Virus record (IMG/VR): IMGVR_UViG_3300047558_000077 | Span: 1 to 64,000 of that record | Length of the DNA: 64,000 nucleotides | Reading direction: 5' to 3' (one strand) | Origin: a virus | Shown here: positions 8,889 to 17,895 of the stretch, piece by piece | How the letters are laid out: every line of letters starts with the position of its first letter | How positions within the stretch are numbered: position 1 is the stretch's first letter | The notes under the pieces: generated by a model | The model's database searches: none | What the model was told of the DNA's origin: nothing | What the model saw: the letters and a program-made list of their open reading frames with translations, nothing else | Program-made: the position numbers and the translations under genes

Positions 8889-10634
8889 ATGGCATATTCA
8901 CTTTCCCCAGGCGTGACATGGTCTGAAATTGATCTAACGACCGTTGTTCCTGCCGCATCTACTACAGAAGGGGCGTTTGCCGGAAACTTTGATTGGGGTC
9001 CTATTGACGAGGTTGTAACAATTGCTAATGAGATCGAGCTAGTTCGCTGGTTCGGTAAGCCTTCAGATAATACAGCAGTTTCATTTTTTACTGCCGCTAA
9101 CTTCTTGGCATATGGTGACAACCTAAGAGTAGTTCGCTCAGCCAATACACATCAGGTAAAGAACGCAACATCTGGTAACACAGCAGCACTAGTTAAGAAC
9201 AGAGACGATTGGGACGTTAATTGGGACGTTTTCGCAACTAACAATCCAAGTTATGGTATGTTTGCCGCACGTTGGGCAGGCACACTAGGTAACGAAATCA
9301 AGGTTTGTGTATTCGCCAAAGCAGGTGTCGATGTAAACGATTCCGAATGGCAGGGCTGGGAATACGGCGCACAGTTCGATGCACCTCCAGGCACATCAAA
9401 GTATGTTGAAGATCGTGGTGGTGCTAACGACGAAATGCATATTATCGTCCTAGATACCAAAGGCACCTTCACAGGTGGTATCGCTAACTCAGTTCTAGAG
9501 AGATATTCTAACCTTTCTAAGGCTGTTGACGCTACACTTGATGACGGTTCTTCAAACTACTACGTAAACGTTCTAGCTGATCGTTCAGCCTTCCTATGGC
9601 CAATCAATCACGCTATTTCAAACACAACTACTCCAGTTGTTCAGACCTCTACATGGGGTTCAACCGCTTCTGGTACATCATTTGCTCAGTCAAATGCGTC
9701 ATTTAACTTTACTCTATCTGGTGGTGTTCTAGCTGCTCCTAATGACGGTCAGCTACAAAACTCATACGTAAAGTTCTCTGATACTGATGCTTACGACACA
9801 TCATTAATCATGATGGGCGGCGCTTCAAATACCGTTTGTAAGTATGTTATCGACAATATTGCTGCTCCTGGTGGCACATATGGTCGTGGCGACGTAGTTG
9901 TATTCGTTTCACCACAATACACCGACGTAGTTGATCAACCAGGTCAGGAAGTAAACAAGTCACTTGCAACAAGAAACTTCCTTGGTTCATCTTCATACGC
10001 TTTCATGGACTCTGGTTGGAAGAAGCAGTTTGACAAGTATAACAATAAGTATCGTTGGATTCCTCTCAATGGTGACGTTGCTGGTCTTTGCGCTCGCACC
10101 GATCAACAGAGAGACGCTTGGTTCTCACCAGCAGGTCTAAATCGTGGTCAGATCAAGAATGTTACAAAACTTTCTTGGATGCCTACAAAGGCTGATAGAG
10201 ACAACCTTTACAAGAATGGTATCAACCCAGTTGTTACATTCAAGGGTGAAGGAACAGTTCTCTATGGTGATAAAACACTACAGTCAAAACCATCTGCCTT
10301 TGATCGTATCAATGTCCGCAGATTGTTTATCGTTCTAGAAAAGACAATCTCTAGAGCAGCCAAGTATTCACTATTCGAGTTCAACGATGAATTTACTAGA
10401 GCCCAGTTTGTTGCTCTTGTAGAACCATTCCTACGAGACGTAAAAGGTCGTCGTGGTATCTATGATTATAGAGTTGTTTGTGACGATACAAACAACCCAC
10501 AACAGGTCATCGATAGTAATCAATTCGTCGGGGACATTTACATTAAGCCTGCCCGTTCTATTAACTTTATTCATCTTAACTTTGTGGCCGTTAGAACTGG
10601 TGTTGCCTTCTCCGAAATTGTCGGCAAATTCTAA
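8889..10634 (+). CDS. gp18: Tail sheath protein gp18
   Basis: LSPGV...EIDLT, WFSPAGLNRG, FDRINVRRLF, YIKPARSINFI.LNFVA. Confidence 0.97.
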   Translation: MAYSLSPGVTWSEIDLTTVVPAASTTEGAFAGNFDWGPIDEVVTIANEIELVRWFGKPSDNTAVSFFTAANFLAYGDNLRVVRSANTHQVKNATSGNTAALVKNRDDWDVNWDVFATNNPSYGMFAARWAGTLGNEIKVCVFAKAGVDVNDSEWQGWEYGAQFDAPPGTSKYVEDRGGANDEMHIIVLDTKGTFTGGIANSVLERYSNLSKAVDATLDDGSSNYYVNVLADRSAFLWPINHAISNTTTPVVQTSTWGSTASGTSFAQSNASFNFTLSGGVLAAPNDGQLQNSYVKFSDTDAYDTSLIMMGGASNTVCKYVIDNIAAPGGTYGRGDVVVFVSPQYTDVVDQPGQEVNKSLATRNFLGSSSYAFMDSGWKKQFDKYNNKYRWIPLNGDVAGLCARTDQQRDAWFSPAGLNRGQIKNVTKLSWMPTKADRDNLYKNGINPVVTFKGEGTVLYGDKTLQSKPSAFDRINVRRLFIVLEKTISRAAKYSLFEFNDEFTRAQFVALVEPFLRDVKGRRGIYDYRVVCDDTNNPQQVIDSNQFVGDIYIKPARSINFIHLNFVAVRTGVAFSEIVGKF

Positions 10635-10661
10635 TAAATAAAGGAAAAGGAGAAATCACAA

Positions 10662-11219
10662 ATGGCTTTTAATGTCAATCAATTCAGAGCAACCTTGATA
10701 AATGATGGTGCCCGTCCAAGTATATTCGAGGTTGTTATGGCGCTACCACCAATTCTTGGTGCCGCACCATTGACGCCTGATATTATCTTTCGTGTGAGAT
10801 CAACATCACTACCAGGTAACGGTGTTTCATCTATCGAAGTTCCATATTTCGGTAGAACAATTAAGATTGCTGGCACAAGAACCTTTCCAGATTGGTCTTT
10901 CACGCTAATCAACGATGAGAACTTTGTGGCTCGCCGTAATCTAGAAACATGGCTAAATCTAATCAATGGTCACGTTTCTAACCTTCGTGCTCCACAGGCA
11001 CTAGCGGCAGCATCTTATCAATCAGATGCTATAGTTACACAGTTTAGTAAAGCTGGACCTCCAATCAAGAGCTACAGAATTGTTGGTTGTTTCCCAACAG
11101 ACGTTGCTCCAATTGAACTGGATTGGGGTCTAGGCGATCAGATTGAAGAATACGGTGTTACACTTGCCTATCAGTGGTGGGAGTCACTCGACGGTTCTAC
11201 AGATATTTCTGGTGCTTAA
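10662..11219 (+). CDS. gp19: Tail tube protein gp19
   Basis: GARPSIFEV, VPYFGRTIKIAGTRTFPDW, FPTDVAPIELDW, IEEYGVTLAYQWW. Confidence 0.95.
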   Translation: MAFNVNQFRATLINDGARPSIFEVVMALPPILGAAPLTPDIIFRVRSTSLPGNGVSSIEVPYFGRTIKIAGTRTFPDWSFTLINDENFVARRNLETWLNLINGHVSNLRAPQALAAASYQSDAIVTQFSKAGPPIKSYRIVGCFPTDVAPIELDWGLGDQIEEYGVTLAYQWWESLDGSTDISGA

Positions 11220-11241
11220 TAGTTAGACTAAATATAAGATA

Positions 11242-11267
11242 AGTCATGGGGCTTCGGTCCCATGACT
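11242..11267 (+). promoter_or_regulatory. cUUCGg-capped 11-bp hairpin just downstream of late promoter CTAAATA (11228-11234)
   Basis: AGTCATGGGGC-TTCG-GTCCCATGACT. No U-tract, so more likely a 5' stabiliser or processing signal than a terminator. Confidence 0.7.
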
Positions 11268-11294
11268 ATTCATCATGTTCAAGGAGTAGGGACC

Positions 11295-13154
11295 ATTCGC
11301 TTATTCGGCTTTCAAATTGGTGTTGACGACCAAGATAAAAAACCAGATCAATACGGTCAACCAACACAGAAAACATTTGCTATACCGCAGACAGACGACG
11401 GCGCCGTAACTGTTGCTGGCGCTGGCTATTATGGTACCTATGTTGATCTTGATGGTACATTCAGAAACGAAACACAACTTATTACGAAGTATCGTGAGTT
11501 AGCAATTCAGCCAGAAATGGAAACTGCTATTGATGAAATCGTTAATGAAGCTATTGTCATTGAAGATTCCGGCACCTCGGTAGAAATCAACCTAGACGAA
11601 CTTAAAGTTCCAGCAGGAATTAAAAGAAGAATTGAAGATGAGTTTGAACTAATACTAAAGATGCTAAACTTTGGTAATATGGGGCATGATATCTTTAGGC
11701 GCTGGTATATTGATGGAAGACTTTTCTATCACCTTGTTATCGACGAAACACAACCACAATTAGGTATTCAAGAATTAAAGTATATCGATCCTCGCCGTAT
11801 TCGTAAGATCCGTGAAATTCAAAAGATGCGTGATCCTAATACAGGCGTTGAACTAATCAAAAAGACTATTGAGTATTATCTTTACAACGAAAGAGGAATG
11901 ATTGGCTCTGGTACCAATCTAGGCTCTAAGATTGCCGTTGACTCAATTGTAAATGTTAATTCTGGTTTGCTTGATCCTAAGCAGACAATGGTGCTTTCTT
12001 ATCTACACAAAGCAATCAAGCCATTCAACAATCTACGCATGGTCGAAGATGCTACAGTTATCTATCGTCTATCTCGTGCTCCAGAACGCCGAGTTTTCTA
12101 TATTGATGTTGGTAATATGCCAACAGTTAAAGCGGAACAGTATGTCCGTGATATCATGGTCAAGTATCGTAACAAGTTGGTTTACGATTCTAATACTGGT
12201 GAAATCAAAGACGACCGCAAACATCTATCAATGCTGGAAGACTTCTGGTTGCCTCGCCGTGAAGGTTCTAAGGGAACAGAAATTTCTACATTAGAAGGCG
12301 CACGTAATCTAGGTGAACTAGAAGACGTTAAGTATTTCCAAAGCAAGCTATACAAGTCACTAAATGTTCCAATCGGTCGTTTAGAACCACAACAAGGTTT
12401 CTCACTAGGTAGAACAACAGAAATCACAAGAGATGAACTTAAGTTTACTAAGTTTGTCCAAAGACTACGTAACAAGTTTTCATCACTATTTGACGATCTA
12501 CTAAGAGTTCAATTAATTCTTAAGAATGTCTGTACCGAAGAAGAGTGGAAAGAGTTTAAAGAAGATATCTGGTACGACTATAAGAAAGATAATAACTTCG
12601 ATGAACTGAAAGACGCAGAACTATTAAACATGCGTCTAGATGTTCTAGCTAAAGTTGATCCATTCGTCGGTAAGTATTATTCTGTAGCATGGGTTAGAAA
12701 GAACATTCTACAGCAAACCGAAGAAGATATGGAAGAGATTAACGCTCAGATGGAACAAGAGAATGCTATTCTTGCTCAACAGCAACAGCAAGCAATGGTT
12801 GATCAACAAGCACAACAGCAACAGGATATGGAAAATCAGATTGCTTTTGGAGCACAGCAACAGATCGCTCAGGCACAAGTCAATAAAGAAATCGATAAGA
12901 TTACTGGACCGGATGAAGGTCCAGGTAAATCTGAAAAAGCTGGTCAAGATCATGAATCCAAGATGATGGACAAGAAAATCAAACTAGCACAGATACAATC
13001 TAAAAAGTCTGCACCAGCACCAGCAAAGAAAAAGACTGTAGCAGAACAAGCAAAAGATTTAGGTCTAGTTTATGTTGGCTCAAATAGATATGCTGATACA
13101 AGTGGTAATGTAACACATCTTACCGAAAACGGTATATTAGTTCCGACTAAATAA
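11295..13154 (+). CDS. gp20: Portal protein gp20 (probable ATT start at 11295)
   Basis: WYIDGR, YRLSRAPERRVFYIDVGNMP, EDFWLPRREG and ITRDELKF motifs. (M)RLFGFQIG N-terminus follows AAGGAG. Confidence 0.96.
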   Translation: MRLFGFQIGVDDQDKKPDQYGQPTQKTFAIPQTDDGAVTVAGAGYYGTYVDLDGTFRNETQLITKYRELAIQPEMETAIDEIVNEAIVIEDSGTSVEINLDELKVPAGIKRRIEDEFELILKMLNFGNMGHDIFRRWYIDGRLFYHLVIDETQPQLGIQELKYIDPRRIRKIREIQKMRDPNTGVELIKKTIEYYLYNERGMIGSGTNLGSKIAVDSIVNVNSGLLDPKQTMVLSYLHKAIKPFNNLRMVEDATVIYRLSRAPERRVFYIDVGNMPTVKAEQYVRDIMVKYRNKLVYDSNTGEIKDDRKHLSMLEDFWLPRREGSKGTEISTLEGARNLGELEDVKYFQSKLYKSLNVPIGRLEPQQGFSLGRTTEITRDELKFTKFVQRLRNKFSSLFDDLLRVQLILKNVCTEEEWKEFKEDIWYDYKKDNNFDELKDAELLNMRLDVLAKVDPFVGKYYSVAWVRKNILQQTEEDMEEINAQMEQENAILAQQQQQAMVDQQAQQQQDMENQIAFGAQQQIAQAQVNKEIDKITGPDEGPGKSEKAGQDHESKMMDKKIKLAQIQSKKSAPAPAKKKTVAEQAKDLGLVYVGSNRYADTSGNVTHLTENGILVPTK

Positions 13155-13169
13155 TAAAAAGGATTTTAT

Positions 13170-14891
13170 ATGTCACTCAAAAGCGTAAAGACTTTATCAG
13201 CAACACAACTTGCCAAAAAGTGGAATCTTTCACTTGGCGAAGTTGGTAAACTTATTGCACAAGGTGCCGCTGTTGAGAAAGAGCATACTAAGAACGAAAA
13301 AGAAGCAAGAGAAGTTGCTAGAGACCATCTTGCCGAAAGACCAGATTATTATAAGAAACTAAAGAAAGTAGAGAAGTCTCCTATTTCTATGAAAGAAGGA
13401 ATCTCTGCTGGACCTGAAAGAGAAGTAGATCATACTATTGGTGATCTAACAGGTTCATCCAGAAAAGTTATGAAGGTTGATGAAGTAAAGATATCACCAA
13501 AGATTAGAAAAGCGGCTGCTGTTGGTATGACCGCTGCTAACATAGCAACTGGTGCAAGCGTTTATGATAATGCATCAAGAGGTGTAGGAAGTCCTATTAG
13601 AGATATTGCTGCCGCAGCATCTGGATTACCAGGTAAAGTTGGCTATGCTGCTATGGGAACAAACTACACAATCAAAGGTTTTGATAAAGCCAGAGAACAT
13701 CTAAGAGCAAAAATGAAAAAGAAAATAGAAGAAGAACAGATTGACGAAATCTCCGCAGAACTAGTCGGTAAGGTTTCTAATGCTCGTTTTTTTCGTGGTG
13801 AAGCACCAAGCAAGACACTAACTCGTGCTATCAATAAGAAGTTTATTGAATCAGGTAAAAAAGATAAAGGTAAGATAAACAAAGATAAGAAAGAAGTAAA
13901 AGAGGCTGTGATGGCAATGCCTCCACAAGCTCAGCAACCTGCTATTTATGGTTCGCAGCGTGCAGGAGTTCAAAGACAAGTATCAAGACCAACATCTGTG
14001 TCTGGTAGTGCGTCAGGAAGAATCGCTGGTCAGGCAGGATCTATGTCAGCAAAACCAAATGTTAGAGTTTCTTCTGGTGTTCAGCCATCAATTGAAAGAA
14101 CATGGAAAACTCCTGGTAGAGGAACAATGGGAACAAGTGGTGGTTCTATGTCAGCCACTCCAAAAGTTTCTACAGCATATTCACAAGGTGGTGTAAATGT
14201 TGGTAAAGCAATGGGTGCTTCAAAGCAGACTAGTCCTGTTGTAAAGGGTATGACTTCTGCTGGTCGTGAAGCCGCAGCCGCTGTATCTAAAGCAGCACCT
14301 ATGGCATCAAGAGTTGCTGGCGCCGCTCTAAGAGTTGCTGGTGGACCAGCCGCTACTGCCGCTGCCGCTGTAATGTCACCAACACCCGCAGGCGCAGGCG
14401 AAGATGAAAAGAAAAGACAAGCAACACTAAAGGATTATAATCCATACAAGCCATCTGGTCGTTCTGTTGCTGATTATGAAAAGCAAGCACTAACACCACA
14501 AAAATATGACAAGCCAAAAGCACCAGAAACACCTAAAGTTGATGCTCCTCAACCACCAAGTCGTCCTGAATACTTCACAAGAGGACAGGCATTTCAGGCT
14601 GCTCGTGGCGAAGCAGGTGGAGCAGGCGCCAAGTTTTCTTATGGTGGTAAAGAGTATCAGACAAATGTTGCTGGTGAGAAGTATGCTTCTAAACCAAAAC
14701 AAACAAGCGTAACAGATATAAAGGAAACAACTATGGATACCAAAGACCTTATCAACGAGGCACTAGATGATATTCTAGAAAACAATCTAGGTAGTATGAA
14801 AGAAAACTTTATGCTTGCTCTACAAGAGAAGGCTGTTGAAAAGCTAGAAGAACGTAAGAAAGAAATCGCTTCTAACTATTTTGCTGAATAA
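13170..14891 (+). CDS. Large basic low-complexity internal head protein ending in a gp67-like prohead-core module
   Basis: Lies between portal and gp21. EKEHT...ARDHLAERPDYYKKL domain. The C-terminal 52 aa (MDTKDLINEAL...LEERKKEIASNYF) resembles the small prohead core protein. Confidence 0.6.
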   Translation: MSLKSVKTLSATQLAKKWNLSLGEVGKLIAQGAAVEKEHTKNEKEAREVARDHLAERPDYYKKLKKVEKSPISMKEGISAGPEREVDHTIGDLTGSSRKVMKVDEVKISPKIRKAAAVGMTAANIATGASVYDNASRGVGSPIRDIAAAASGLPGKVGYAAMGTNYTIKGFDKAREHLRAKMKKKIEEEQIDEISAELVGKVSNARFFRGEAPSKTLTRAINKKFIESGKKDKGKINKDKKEVKEAVMAMPPQAQQPAIYGSQRAGVQRQVSRPTSVSGSASGRIAGQAGSMSAKPNVRVSSGVQPSIERTWKTPGRGTMGTSGGSMSATPKVSTAYSQGGVNVGKAMGASKQTSPVVKGMTSAGREAAAAVSKAAPMASRVAGAALRVAGGPAATAAAAVMSPTPAGAGEDEKKRQATLKDYNPYKPSGRSVADYEKQALTPQKYDKPKAPETPKVDAPQPPSRPEYFTRGQAFQAARGEAGGAGAKFSYGGKEYQTNVAGEKYASKPKQTSVTDIKETTMDTKDLINEALDDILENNLGSMKENFMLALQEKAVEKLEERKKEIASNYFAE

Positions 14892-14901
14892 GGATTAGAT
14901 T

Positions 14902-16182
14902 ATGAAGACCGTCAAGCAGATCAAAGAAGAATATGATAATATTTATTTGGAGCAGACAGCTCCAGATAAACTCATGCTTGAAGGTCGTGAAAGTGCAGTG
15001 AAACCTTCGCCAAGAACTGTTCCTTCTGTTAGTGAAATGCCTAACATGCTTCTCTTTAGAAGAGTTGCATATAGACTGTATCCTAATAAACAAGTAGTGG
15101 CTCTTTACTATTCAAAGACAGTAGATAAATATCTATCAGTTCCTTTTGGTCCAGATGGCAATCTAAATCTTAGTGAGTCAGAAATACATGAAGGTGCATT
15201 AAAGACAGCCGCTAAAACCGTTGCTGGCGGTGTATCTGGTGCCATTCATGGAGGCATAAGAGGATTTGCAAGAGGAGTTTCTGTTGGTCTATTACCCGGA
15301 GCTACAGCAGGTGGTGTAGTAGGAGCAACAATCGGCGCATATAAAGGTGCAAAGAAGGCATATGATAAAGCAAAGGATAAAGATGTGAATGAAGATTGGC
15401 AGAGTGTAAATCGTAAAGATAAAACAGACGGTCTTTCACAGGCCGCTGTAAACGCATATCGTCGTGAAAATCCTGGTTCTAAGTTACAGACAGCCGTAAC
15501 AGAAAAGAATCCAAAGGGCAAAAGAGCAGCCCGTCGTAAGTCATTCTGTTCTCGCATGGGTGGAATGAAAAAGCGTTTAACATCTGCCAAGACAGCAAGA
15601 GATCCAGATTCACGCATCAATAAGGCACTACGCCGTTGGAACTGTGAGGAATCATTCCAAGCTAAACTAGCTGAAAAGCGTCAACAAAGACTTGAAGAAA
15701 ATCCTTTACTAAAAAGTCTGGGCTCTTTAGCTTTAAAGAAGACTTTTGATTATTTTACTAAAGGCGATAATAAAGATAATAAAGCAAAAGAAAATCAGCC
15801 ATCTGATACTATTGTAACTCGTAAGGCATCGTTGGTAAAAGATAAACCCGGAGCAAGAACCAAGAGTTCATGGGAGAGAGCTAAATCAACCGACGCAACT
15901 TTTCAGGCAAGACAAAAAGCAGCCTTAAGTAAAGAATTAAGTTCATCTCAGAAAGTTCAAGAGAATAAAATTTCCGATATACAAAACATGATTGATGAAG
16001 GATTCGATACAATGAATCTTTCCATCAACGGAAGAACTGTTACACTAAATAGTAGTATGGCAAAAAAGATTATAAGAGTTTATGAGTCCGTTAATACTAA
16101 GAACAAGAAGATTGTTGAGAGTATGTTAAACGAAGACCTAGACTCTTTCAAGAAACTACTAAACTTTTCAATAAAGGCATAA
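14902..16182 (+). CDS. Modular internal head protein containing a DUF6321-like basic domain
   Basis: GLSQAAVNAYRRENPGSKLQTAVT...RRKSFCSRM...SRINKALRRWNC module; position in the head module. Confidence 0.6.
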   Translation: MKTVKQIKEEYDNIYLEQTAPDKLMLEGRESAVKPSPRTVPSVSEMPNMLLFRRVAYRLYPNKQVVALYYSKTVDKYLSVPFGPDGNLNLSESEIHEGALKTAAKTVAGGVSGAIHGGIRGFARGVSVGLLPGATAGGVVGATIGAYKGAKKAYDKAKDKDVNEDWQSVNRKDKTDGLSQAAVNAYRRENPGSKLQTAVTEKNPKGKRAARRKSFCSRMGGMKKRLTSAKTARDPDSRINKALRRWNCEESFQAKLAEKRQQRLEENPLLKSLGSLALKKTFDYFTKGDNKDNKAKENQPSDTIVTRKASLVKDKPGARTKSSWERAKSTDATFQARQKAALSKELSSSQKVQENKISDIQNMIDEGFDTMNLSINGRTVTLNSSMAKKIIRVYESVNTKNKKIVESMLNEDLDSFKKLLNFSIKA

Positions 16183-16185
16183 TAA

Positions 16186-16674
16186 ATGGCAACTACTCTA
16201 ACAACACAAACATTGGTTGATACCAATCGTCATTCGGTCATCAAGATTGTTGGCTCTGGTGGCGGTGATGCTAATACATTACTAGTTAAAGCATCCGATC
16301 TAGCCTATGCTATCAATGCTACTGGTGTTGTTAGCACAACTAATCCAAAGCGTCTTAATAGAGTTGCTATTAAGCGTGTATGGGGACAGGGTCAGATCGC
16401 AGGTGATAAAGCCGTAACTCTACAATGGGGCGGCAATACAAATACAGCTATTGTTACATTTGGTTCTGGCTCATTCGACTATAACTTTGATAGTAGTGCA
16501 ACACAAGGAACAATTGAGATTCCTGATCAAGCAAATTGCACAGGTGATATTGTGTTCACAAGCACCGCAACAACCGGTGATAACTGGACATTGTTTATCG
16601 ATCTAAAGAAAGACGGACGAGACTATGATCAAGGTCAAGCTCGTGATCCTCTAGCATTTAATAACGGAATCTAA
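16186..16674 (+). CDS. Hypothetical head-module structural protein
   Basis: 162 aa, beta-rich ORF in the head gene cluster. Confidence 0.5.
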   Translation: MATTLTTQTLVDTNRHSVIKIVGSGGGDANTLLVKASDLAYAINATGVVSTTNPKRLNRVAIKRVWGQGQIAGDKAVTLQWGGNTNTAIVTFGSGSFDYNFDSSATQGTIEIPDQANCTGDIVFTSTATTGDNWTLFIDLKKDGRDYDQGQARDPLAFNNGI

Positions 16675-16675
16675 C

Positions 16676-17191
16676 ATGTCAAGACAACTAATCGAATCCA
16701 TTGTATCAGGTAATATGCTAGAAGCAAGTGATATGCTTGAAGCAAAGTTAAACGAAATTCGTGAACGCAAGATGTATGAAATGAAACGCATGTATGCTGC
16801 CGAAGCATTTGGTGGTATGTCAAAAGCAGAAATCGAAGCTAAGAAAAAAGCTGGATATAGAAAGGCCGCTGACGTTCTTAAAGATCCTAGAGAAAGAAAA
16901 CTTCCACCCCTTCCCGATATGAAAAAAGAAAAGAAGATATCAGAGAGTTGGGCAAGAGCAATAAAGATGGGTATCAAAAGAACAGGAACCCGATTGAATG
17001 TAATGCGTCATATCCCAGGCGCAATGAAAGACATAGCTGTAGATGCTGCTAAAAGTGCTGTTGCTGATCCATTAGATACAGCAAGTAAAGTTACCAAAGC
17101 AACAGGTGGTGCCGCAGTAAGAGCAGTTAAAAAAGCCGGCGATGCACCTGTATTCAGTGATCTCAAATCCATCGGAATGCGAAATATATAA
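16676..17191 (+). CDS. Prohead core-like protein (gp67/gp68 region) with basic C-terminus
   Basis: N-terminal LIESIVSGNMLEA...KLNEIRERK resembles the core module at 14733; immediately upstream of gp21. Confidence 0.5.
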   Translation: MSRQLIESIVSGNMLEASDMLEAKLNEIRERKMYEMKRMYAAEAFGGMSKAEIEAKKKAGYRKAADVLKDPRERKLPPLPDMKKEKKISESWARAIKMGIKRTGTRLNVMRHIPGAMKDIAVDAAKSAVADPLDTASKVTKATGGAAVRAVKKAGDAPVFSDLKSIGMRNI

Positions 17192-17212
17192 ATATACTAA
17201 ACAGGTAAACAA

Positions 17213-17860
17213 ATGAAACTTATTAGAGAAGAAATTCGAGACGTAAAGTATCTTGTAGAATCGGATGGTAAAGGTGGTAAGAACCACTTTATCACTGGCA
17301 TCTTCATGCAGGCTGAAAAGCAGAACCGTAACGGTCGTGTTTATCCTATGAATGTGCTTGCTAAAGAAGCAGACAGATACAATAAAGAATATGTTCAAAA
17401 GAACAGAGCATTTGGTGAGCTAGGTCATCCAGAGAATCCTCAAATCAACCTAGATCGTGTTTCACATATGATTACGAAGTTGTATCCAGATGGTACAAAC
17501 TTTATTGGTAAGGCTAAGATATTAGATACTCCTAACGGAAAGATAGTTAAGAGTCTACTAGACGGCGGTGCAAGTCTTGGTGTGTCTACAAGAGGCGTAG
17601 GGTCTCTTCGTCCACACAATGGTTATCAGCAAGTCCAAGACGACTTCAAGTTGGCTACAGCGGCAGACATTGTAGCAGACCCAAGTGCACCAGACGCTTT
17701 TGTGCAAGGCATTATGGAAGGTAAAGAGTGGGTTTTTGAAAATGGTAAATGGAAAGAAATGCATAACGAAAGAGCAAAGAAACTAATTCGTGAAGCATCT
17801 CGACATGATATTGAAGAAGTTGCCTTGAAGATTTTTGAAAACTATATTTCAAAACTTTGA
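17213..17860 (+). CDS. gp21: Prohead protease gp21
   Basis: GIFMQAE..NRNGRVYP, GELGHP, LGVSTRGVGSL, DIVADPSAPDAFV. Confidence 0.97.
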   Translation: MKLIREEIRDVKYLVESDGKGGKNHFITGIFMQAEKQNRNGRVYPMNVLAKEADRYNKEYVQKNRAFGELGHPENPQINLDRVSHMITKLYPDGTNFIGKAKILDTPNGKIVKSLLDGGASLGVSTRGVGSLRPHNGYQQVQDDFKLATAADIVADPSAPDAFVQGIMEGKEWVFENGKWKEMHNERAKKLIREASRHDIEEVALKIFENYISKL

Positions 17861-17895
17861 AATTACTAAATAAGGAAAAAAGGAGTAATCTAACT

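Noticed and set aside
11262-11294. ORF-track N-terminus MTIHHVQGVGT for the portal
   Set aside because: The ATG is inside a stable hairpin without an SD, and the conserved N-terminus begins at the ATT at 11295.
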